From positions 1 to 64,000 of the IMG/VR virus record IMGVR_UViG_3300017742_004322: DNA of 64,000 nt; one strand, 5' to 3'. Below, piece after piece: positions 1-7,761 of this stretch; the stretch's first letter is position 1, and every line of letters begins with the position of its first letter. The DNA is from a virus. The notes under the pieces were generated by a model that was not told where the DNA came from, searched no databases, and saw nothing but the letters and a program-made list of their open reading frames with translations. Made by a program: the position numbers and the translations under genes.

Positions 1-7
1 ATTTAAC

Positions 8-80
8 TTGCGAGGCCGGGAGGAATCGAACCTCTTTTATTGCATGCATCCGTATACCACCTTCTGTATCGGCCAGCCCC
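8..80 (-). ncRNA. tRNA-like RNA lacking an anticodon stem-loop
   Basis: Minus strand reads GGGGCTGG-CCGATAC-AGAAGGTG-GTATACGG-ATGCATGCAATAAAA-GAGG-TTCGATT-CCTC-CCGGCCTC-G-CAA. It has an acceptor-like stem, a D-like arm with GG and a canonical TTCGA T-loop, but no anticodon hairpin. A promoter lies 60 nt upstream. Confidence 0.6.
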
Positions 81-139
81 TATAAATGAGATATCACTAC
101 GTAATGATCAATTAATAGTGCTTCATCATCATTTACGTT

Positions 140-172
140 GTAAATATACGAACGGAGATTTGCGTCTCCAAA
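140..172 (-). promoter_or_regulatory. Bacteroidota-type promoter (class 1: TTTGG-N15-TTCGTATATTTAC) with a hairpin in the spacer
   Basis: Matches a motif repeated 14 times in the window at near-fixed spacing; resembles the -33 TTTG / -7 TAnnTTTG consensus. Confidence 0.75.
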
Positions 173-259
173 TTTTATTACCCATTTCTTATCAGTGCCT
201 TACCCCCTTCACCCGTGAGCGTTGTTCATATCCGAGTCACACCACCACATATTTGTGAA

Positions 260-591
260 TAGATGTGAAAAAAGTCGTGTTCATATATACTTTTGTAGTA
301 GGAGGGAATAGGTTGGCTCGCGCTGAATGAGGGTTAACGTCACTCAAAACCTAGACCACATAACACCACCATAGTTGTTCACCTACTATATATGAATCTA
401 CGCATCTACTTATCTAATTATATTTGTATATCACACGTGACATTGGTCGACCACACATTGCGTTAGGTAACGTACATATCTTGCGTTTAAAACGTGGTTA
501 TTAGTTGGTATTAACGCGTACCAAGTGTGAGTCGATACGTTGTTTGTTTCCCAGGTCACTAATGAATTTCCGCGTTAATCATTTCAAATAT
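260..591. ncRNA. Candidate structured ncRNA (two nested multi-helix domains, loop-loop pairing)
   Basis: No credible ORF; appears more GC-rich than the flanks; multiple co-linear complementary segments (detailed in findings). Confidence 0.55.
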
Positions 592-643
592 GTTGTCTAA
601 AGGTATATACGTAGGAAAGTGGGGTGTGCTATCTATAAAAAGA

Positions 644-1243
644 TTAATTTGCTTTTCTTGCATACAAATGAATTGGATCCCAAGCTTTATGTACGTGCTC
701 GAACTTAATCTCATATCCATTCACACTAAACATCTCTAATATCTTTAAAAAATCCCACAACTTATCTACCTTGAATTTATTATTATAGCCTTGATGAAAA
801 TAGTATGTATGAAACTCTATTGCCCACCTATCTATCTTTAACATATCCTCTACCTTCATATGAGTAAACATATCCCATTCTGCTCCCTCAATATCGATTT
901 TAGCAAAGTCAATCTTATCGATTTGGTGTTGTTCAAATATCTTAGTTAAATCATAATGACCGTGACCTACAAAACCCATAGTGCATTTAACTCTATCGTT
1001 CGTAATGTTTTCCTCGTAACATTTAAAGTGTGGTTCGTCGCATTCGTAAGATAATACTTGAGATGCTCCCATATCGAGTGCATACTGAGTAAATACACCT
1101 ACGTTACCACCACAATCCAATACCACATCACCTTCCTTAATCCCCATTCCAAACCTATTATATTCGTTTTCCGAATAGATTTCATGTTGGAAGTTTGTTG
1201 TTAATTCTTCTTGTCCTGGAGGACATTTAAATGTTTTGTCCAT
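644..1243 (-). CDS. FkbM-family SAM-dependent methyltransferase
   Basis: VLDCGGNVG and KIDIEGAE motifs. Confidence 0.85.
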   Translation of the reverse strand: MDKTFKCPPGQEELTTNFQHEIYSENEYNRFGMGIKEGDVVLDCGGNVGVFTQYALDMGASQVLSYECDEPHFKCYEENITNDRVKCTMGFVGHGHYDLTKIFEQHQIDKIDFAKIDIEGAEWDMFTHMKVEDMLKIDRWAIEFHTYYFHQGYNNKFKVDKLWDFLKILEMFSVNGYEIKFEHVHKAWDPIHLYARKAN

Positions 1244-1469
1244 TTATTTTTTACGTCGTTTATTCTCTTTATCTGATCTGTCTGCTGCTCTTAATAACGT
1301 AAATCCACCTGCAAAAACACCCATACAATATACTACATAGTAAAGAGTAGTTATGGATTCAATTTCATTCATCTTTATCTGTTATTTTAGCTATAAATAA
1401 CCCACTCATTGCTCCTAAAGCAAATACTATTGTAGTATACAATATTATAGCATCTCCACTTATATCCAT

Positions 1470-1898
1470 TTACTTATATTTACTAAGTACTTTACTCATC
1501 ATTACTCTATTGGTGGCGTTCATTTTAGGAACCCATTGCCCAAGCATTTCTTCTTGTATTTCATCTAAATTAAAATACTTTACCTCAACGTGTTCTTTAG
1601 CTATTGGTTCTTGGTTACCTGATGCTTCGTCTACATCTACTTCATAGAACCAAATATCAAACATACCATTTCTGGCATGTCCAAAACGATTATCATCCAT
1701 AGTAACATTTACACCTAATTCCTCCATCCATTCTCGCTCCATTGCTTGTGAATGTGATTCGGTGTTTTCAATTTTACCGCCTGGAAATTCCCAATGACCA
1801 TGCGTTTTTAAGCCAAGTAAAACATGAGGTATACCATCTATGTGTTTTACGTTTACACCTGCAACTACTTGAATTAAATGTTTGTTAGTCTCATCCAT
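1470..1898 (-). CDS. NUDIX hydrolase (MutT-like)
   Basis: WEFPGGKIE...REWMEELG Nudix box. Confidence 0.9.
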   Translation of the reverse strand: MDETNKHLIQVVAGVNVKHIDGIPHVLLGLKTHGHWEFPGGKIENTESHSQAMEREWMEELGVNVTMDDNRFGHARNGMFDIWFYEVDVDEASGNQEPIAKEHVEVKYFNLDEIQEEMLGQWVPKMNATNRVMMSKVLSKYK

Positions 1899-2440
1899 AA
1901 ATTATTCTGTTAATATATTAGTATAGACATAAAGGAAAATGGAAGCATAGACAATTATTAATCCTAACCATGACATCCATTGATCTTTATTTTTCATTAT
2001 GATTCATCTCCAATAGCTCCAAGACATGCGAACAGTAAGATAATGAAAAAGAAGAATATAAATATGTTACCTATCATGAGTGCCCCATTTGTAACCATTC
2101 ATCTTCTTCATATTCAATTTCTTCATTTGCCTTTCTTTCATACCATGTTGGGTTTGGAAGCCCGCTATAATAATCCCATTCGTCATCTGGGAGTTGATTG
2201 TTAATTATATTCATAACTAATTGATTATATATACATATTATTTTATTACAAACTGTCTATAAAGCTTTCTAAAATATTTTCTCACATGCTCCTATTAACA
2301 GTAAAGGTATTGCCCAACCCCCATTTACGATTATTAGTATTAATAGCCAAACCCAATCATTATTTGGTTTATTAGGATCTTGTCTTAACATCCAACCCTT
2401 TCCTCTTAGTGGTGGTGGCATTTCTATATTGTTTAACTAT

Positions 2441-2962
2441 TTAAATGAATTCTTCTTTTAATTGCTTAACCCACTCTTTAGTTCTTTCTTCTGTGAGTTC
2501 ATCTTGGTTATCTTCATCAATACACAAACCATAAAAAGTATCTTCATCAACTAGAGACTTAGGACTTTCATCTAATTCATACGAATCATCGTTTTCAGTA
2601 TAACCAATTACTTTACCTCCATTTTTAAGAACAACTTGAGCTAATATTCCTATCCCATCACAAAACCATTCTTCGTATCCTAATTGATCTCCTAAACCAA
2701 ATATAGCTACTGTTTTACCTGTGAAATCTATTTCTTTAAACATACTAAAGTAGTCTTCCCAACTGCTTTGTAATTCTCCATCATACCAAGTAGGTATACC
2801 TAAAATAAAATTATCATTATCTTTCCAGGTATCTTCAAATACTACATCCACTTGAATAGCTTCAATGTTAAATCCATTATCTTCTAGTAGTGGAGATAAT
2901 AATGTATCAACAAAGGTTTCAGTGTTACCTGTATCAGATCCGTAGATTAATTGTATATTCAT
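2441..2962 (-). CDS. fldA: Long-chain flavodoxin
   Basis: YGSDTGNTE, GIPTW, FGLGDQ and GLCIDEDNQ motifs. Confidence 0.95.
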   Translation of the reverse strand: MNIQLIYGSDTGNTETFVDTLLSPLLEDNGFNIEAIQVDVVFEDTWKDNDNFILGIPTWYDGELQSSWEDYFSMFKEIDFTGKTVAIFGLGDQLGYEEWFCDGIGILAQVVLKNGGKVIGYTENDDSYELDESPKSLVDEDTFYGLCIDEDNQDELTEERTKEWVKQLKEEFI

Positions 2963-3247
2963 TTATCGGTATTAAGATGTTCACTACTTAATATGTAATT
3001 CACTACTGAGGAGGAAGTACCTGCATTTATAAAGGGCTCTAGTCTGCTCATTGCATCAGTAATATCTTTAGCTATAATTTGAGTATCCTTTATTTTACCT
3101 CCATGCAAATAAATACAGTGGTAAATTAAATGCCCCTTTATCTTAGAGGTTTCTAATACTCTGAGTTCTAATACAGCAGTTGTTCTACCATTTTCCTCCA
3201 ATGTTTCTATTAATTCAGATTGTTCTCGTCTGTATTTTGATTTTAAT

Positions 3248-3502
3248 TTAGCCATTGATTTGTATTTGGTGAGACGAGTCTGAAGTTATAAATTCACCTC
3301 CAATTTTGTTTAGGATATTATGTATTTCTTCTTTTGTTTCTATTACATTAAGAGTATTTCCACTTGAAAACTGGATGGTGCTAAAATGATTTGGTCCATC
3401 ATTTGTATCATCTATTTTTTCAAATGAAAATGAAACTATAGCATTTATAGGAATTAAATGGAGTTTATGATTTCCATATCCTGTTAATTCAATATATTTC
3501 AT
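3248..3502 (-). CDS. FlbD-like small protein
   Basis: Pattern M.yIeLT...I...TI....G....V.ET.EEI resembles the FlbD family. Confidence 0.4.
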   Translation of the reverse strand: MKYIELTGYGNHKLHLIPINAIVSFSFEKIDDTNDGPNHFSTIQFSSGNTLNVIETKEEIHNILNKIGGEFITSDSSHQIQING

Positions 3503-4085
3503 GTGCGTGGGTTAGGTATTAATTTTCCGTTACTAAAATGTTCTATAGCACCACCTGCTATCATCTTACCATGCCTACCTTTCTTAATGCCAACAGCGTA
3601 AACCATATCATTTAATTTATGACATACACTATAAAGAATACCATCATAGATGAATTCCTCATTGTATTGGTTATCTAGCAAGAATGAATTCTTATTAGAT
3701 TGTCTTTTACGTCTGCGTTTTGACATCATTACTTTTTAGGGGTATCAGATGGGTTAGGTTGTTTATGTCTTTGGTAATAATCTTCTTCCATTTTTTTAGA
3801 ACCATTGTTAATGTTCCAAATAGTAAAATACATATACAGAACAAAAATTACAAAACCTACAAAATACATTGCAAAACTCATAACTATTATATTTTCGTGT
3901 TTTTAATTTTGTCTATTAGTAGATAGAATAAGATTAAAGTACCTGGCCAATGAGATGAATATTGTGCTTCTTCTATTTCACCTGTTAAACCCAATCCTAC
4001 TGAGTAAACTAATGCTACTAAAGCAATTAATACTGGTAGCCATTTTCTTACATTAAATTTTTTCATGTTTATTTATTTTTATTTA

Positions 4086-4622
4086 TTATTCTGTTGTATT
4101 AATTATACCTCCTATAATCTTAGTATCAGCTAAATGGTCAAACTCTCCATATGTTTCAATCAAGTATCCCGTATCAACTCTTTTGAATGAACTGATACAC
4201 AATCCCTTTAACTCTTCACTGTCAAAGCGTTCTCCTAAGTTTGTATGAGTACTGAGGTAAGGACCTCCGCTTGGATCAACCATATTAACAGTCTTAGTAT
4301 CTGAGTATACTAACTGTCCATATTGAGCTGTGATGGGTCCGGGACCTACATACTCATCATTCTCGTTGTATAACATCTCATGTACCTGCTCTTTAAAGCT
4401 TTCAATGTGCATTGGATGACCACCTTGAGAACCTACATCCTTACAGTACTGCTGGTAAGCATGTTTGTATACATTAGGCCATCCAAATCTGCAATGCTTG
4501 AATTCACCTTCCCACAATACATTACCATCCTCTTGTTTAGTGAATGTGTAAACGTCTCCGTATCTGTTTGATAATCTTATTGGGTTGTTAGGCATTTCTT
4601 TTGATTCTTGAGTTATATTCAT
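4086..4622 (-). CDS. Hypothetical phage protein
   Basis: 178-aa ORF in the operon orientation. Confidence 0.7.
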   Translation of the reverse strand: MNITQESKEMPNNPIRLSNRYGDVYTFTKQEDGNVLWEGEFKHCRFGWPNVYKHAYQQYCKDVGSQGGHPMHIESFKEQVHEMLYNENDEYVGPGPITAQYGQLVYSDTKTVNMVDPSGGPYLSTHTNLGERFDSEELKGLCISSFKRVDTGYLIETYGEFDHLADTKIIGGIINTTE

Positions 4623-4999
4623 ACTAAAGTTAATTGATTTACTTTTGCAAGCATTCTATATTTGGTATTTTGTATACCACAGGTATCATCACCTTCTTGG
4701 TACCAAACTAATTCCCATGTTCCTGGTTCTTTAGTACAGGTAACTTTATCACCTACTTTAAATTGACTTGGTTTCTTTTTCCTACCTCTTTTAGCCATAA
4801 CTTATTTATGTTTAGTAACTTTTCCAGTTTTACGATCATAAGTAATTTTATCATCACCAAATTTCATAGTGACTTTACTTTTACGTTTTGGGAAAATATC
4901 TTCCCAATCCCCAAATAAAAGGGAAAAAACAAAAACTGCAGCTACAACTAATATCATTGGAAGTATTTGTGGCATAACTTTAATTATTATTATTAATAT

Positions 5000-5032
5000 G
5001 TAAATATACGAAAAATATTTAGGGAATCCAAA
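5000..5032 (-). promoter_or_regulatory. Class 1 promoter
   Basis: TTTGG-N15-TTCGTATATTTAC. Confidence 0.75.
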
Positions 5033-5401
5033 TAAGTTTTACTTATTTTTTCCTCTTTTTGTTTTACGTCTATCCCAAGTTGAATATTCTTTATCACTCA
5101 TCATTATGAGTTGATTTCCTTTATTATTACGTGCTCTAGCTTCCATTACTGCCATAGCATCATCAAATGAACCCATTTTAAGGTGTTCATCATTATCAAT
5201 TACATACCAACTTTTAAATGCTGTTCTAATATCTAAACTCACGTATTTTCTATTCAATCAATTTATAAGAACGTTCAGCTAATTCACTACTAGGTAAATG
5301 AGGAAAAATTTCCCTCAGTTGAGCTTGAACGTTTTGCCACTCATTAAATTTACCTAAATCAGAAGCCTTAAAACCATAATATTCTATTGTTTCTCCTTCC
5401 C

Positions 5402-5755
5402 TCATTTCCAAAATACTTGAATTAATACAATTGCGAATGCTAATAATAAAGTAACTAAAGTTTTTGTTGTAACTGTTTCACCTAAATGTGCATAAGCCAA
5501 AAAGGTAAATGCTACCACCCCCATAGCAAATCCAAGTAGACGAGATGGCCATAATTCTCCATTAAAAGCTGATACTATATAGGTTGTACCTAAAATATAA
5601 GAATATCCTACTGGTATACCTCCTATTAATGCTACAAGGAGTGGATTTTCCTTAATCCAGGAAGAAATAAATTGCCCATTGGTTTGATACCAAGCTAATA
5701 TTTGTCCTATTAAAAATAAAACTAAACCAATACTTAATGACTTTAAATTAATCAT
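5402..5755 (-). CDS. Small 4-TM membrane protein (DMT/SMR-like)
   Basis: Four hydrophobic helices in 117 aa, with LGE before the last helix. Confidence 0.55.
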   Translation of the reverse strand: MINLKSLSIGLVLFLIGQILAWYQTNGQFISSWIKENPLLVALIGGIPVGYSYILGTTYIVSAFNGELWPSRLLGFAMGVVAFTFLAYAHLGETVTTKTLVTLLLAFAIVLIQVFWK

Positions 5756-6364
5756 TTTTTATATAACTTTTAATGAAGTGATACAGAAATATACTAACAA
5801 CAATTGGCCAAGCCAAGAGTGAAAATGTTCTTTCTGAAGTACTTAATTTATATTCAGTGTTAACTTTATCAACAATGTGATTATAAAGGATATCCCAAAT
5901 TATCCCTACTAATAAATATGCAGTAAGGGTTTCCATTAGGCTAATAATAAATTATTATTTTCTAAAATATCAACCCAGAAACGTTTTAACCATACTTTAA
6001 TAGTAACGTTATCTAATTTATCGTTTGCTGCAGCATCATTTTCCCAACGCTCCATTCCAATTACTGCTATACAATAATCAGCTGTATCACGGGCTTTATC
6101 TAATTCGCCTTCATCTATATATTGACGACACCTGTTAAAACCTTTTTCTAATAAACCTTCTTTATAAGTAAAATTCATGTTATTATTTTTATTATTAAAC
6201 TTTGCCTGTTTTAAACCCAATTTGGGGTTTGTAACCAACTAGATCAACTCTACGATATTCAATCATATTTCTAGTCATTGTTAATGTTTCAACATCAACT
6301 TCATTTTTTACCCAATCGGTAAATAAGTACGTTAATAATTTAGACTTTAATTTCTTTTTCATGA

Positions 6365-7111
6365 TTATTTATTTTGATTTGTAAAGAATTCCATTACTTG
6401 ATCACTCTTCATTGTAGCTAATGCAGCATCGTATTTTTTAGCAATTTTGTAATCACCATTACTATGAACATTAAGTATAATGTAACTACCATTATCAAAT
6501 TGACCTTTAACACGTTGAGTACTAACAAACTTTCTACTGTAACGATCATAATCAGTAAAGATATGAAATTTAGCTGTTGGGAATTTTTTACGTAAAGTTT
6601 TTAAAGCAATCTCAAAACCTCTATTACTTCTACGAGTTTCTTCCATGTCGTATTCAGCACGATCACGTTTAAAATTTAATTTAGCAAGTAAAGTAGCTGG
6701 TTTAACTTTACGGTAACTACCCATTAAGCTCTCACATTCAAATTTACCATTAGCAAAATCAAACCAATTAATTTCAATATCAACTATTTTATCATCTTCA
6801 CGGCTGTAACGCTTACTTAAAAAACTAATACCACCACGCTTACCTGTGTAGCTAACATCATTAACTAGGAAATTAGAATTATTAAAGCTGTAACCTAATT
6901 CAACATCTTCAACTACATTATATATTTCAAAATTATTGTTAAAATCAACACCTTTAACAAAACCTGCATCAATTAATGCAATTTCTGTTTCCTCATTTTT
7001 AATTTTAGCACTTTGTGCTCTAACTACTTGATTATTAATAAATTCTTCTAGTTGAGTTTGTTGTTTTGTATTTAAAACAACTCCTTGAAACAAATCTAAC
7101 TGCATTTCCAT
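6365..7111 (-). CDS. Hypothetical phage protein (probably early)
   Basis: 248-aa ORF directly downstream of a class 1 promoter. Confidence 0.7.
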   Translation of the reverse strand: MEMQLDLFQGVVLNTKQQTQLEEFINNQVVRAQSAKIKNEETEIALIDAGFVKGVDFNNNFEIYNVVEDVELGYSFNNSNFLVNDVSYTGKRGGISFLSKRYSREDDKIVDIEINWFDFANGKFECESLMGSYRKVKPATLLAKLNFKRDRAEYDMEETRRSNRGFEIALKTLRKKFPTAKFHIFTDYDRYSRKFVSTQRVKGQFDNGSYIILNVHSNGDYKIAKKYDAALATMKSDQVMEFFTNQNK

Positions 7112-7145
7112 AACCTTTATTTTATAATTTATCCTTATTTACCCT

Positions 7146-7178
7146 GTAAATATACGAACTATTCTTCAGGTAACCAAA
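7146..7178 (-). promoter_or_regulatory. Class 1 promoter
   Basis: TTTGG-N15-TTCGTATATTTAC. Confidence 0.75.
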
Positions 7179-7290
7179 TATTTCGCGCTTTTTCTTTGCG
7201 AGTATATTTCTTTTTATTACGGTAGATATTAGGACGGGTTGCCATCTTAATTTCTTCATGTGTTACTATGATTTTTTCTACCTTTTTCAT
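7159..7290 (-). CDS. 43-aa basic peptide (not in ORF track), ArfA-like C-terminal pattern
   Basis: MKKVEKIIVTHEEIKMATRPNIYRNKKKYTRKEKARNIWLPEE, with its own promoter at 7295-7327. Confidence 0.55.
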   Translation of the reverse strand: MKKVEKIIVTHEEIKMATRPNIYRNKKKYTRKEKARNIWLPEE

Positions 7291-7335
7291 ATACATAAAT
7301 ATACGAATAATTTTTACGATAACCACATGTCCCAT

Positions 7336-7363
7336 AAAAAAAAGCCCCGCTTTCGCGAGGCTT
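7336..7363 (-). terminator. Rho-independent terminator
   Basis: AAGCCTCGC-GAAA-GCGGGGCTT followed by a T-run. Confidence 0.9.
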
Positions 7364-7386
7364 CTTAATTTTTAATTAATCCTTAC

Positions 7387-7617
7387 TTACTTTTTCAGGA
7401 TATTAAATAATACAAACGCACCTACTAATCCAAGTAAGCCTGCTGCGTCTAAATTGCCTAAAATTCCCATGATATTATCTACAACAGATATATCTTTCCA
7501 GAAGGGAATATTGGCTCCGCCAAATAGTACTTCTAATACTATTCCTAAAGAGATTACTGAAATACCTATCTCAGTAAGTTTGTTGGCCCAAGAGCCAATT
7601 TTGCTTAAAATTTCCAT
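7387..7617 (-). CDS. Small hydrophobic Gly-rich membrane protein
   Basis: 76 aa with two hydrophobic segments; stand-alone unit between terminators. Confidence 0.75.
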   Translation of the reverse strand: MEILSKIGSWANKLTEIGISVISLGIVLEVLFGGANIPFWKDISVVDNIMGILGNLDAAGLLGLVGAFVLFNILKK

Positions 7618-7714
7618 TTAATAAAATTTAAGGTTAAACTTATATAACTACCGATCGAGTTTTGGTAACTATAGCAGTAGAGCAAGTACTGCGCGTTGTG
7701 TATTCATACATATA

Positions 7715-7740
7715 GAAAGGGGGTTGAAAAACAACCCCCT
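7715..7740 (-). terminator. Terminator after the TonB-dependent receptor gene
   Basis: AGGGGGTTG-TTTTT-CAACCCCCT-TTCT. Confidence 0.75.
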
Positions 7741-7761
7741 CCACTATATTTGTTGGTTAAC

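Noticed and set aside
8-640. tmRNA or RNase P RNA interpretation of the non-coding region
   Set aside because: Both acceptor strands lie within ~70 nt, with no G3-U70 pair or tag reading frame. No RNase P P4 consensus is present in the right position.
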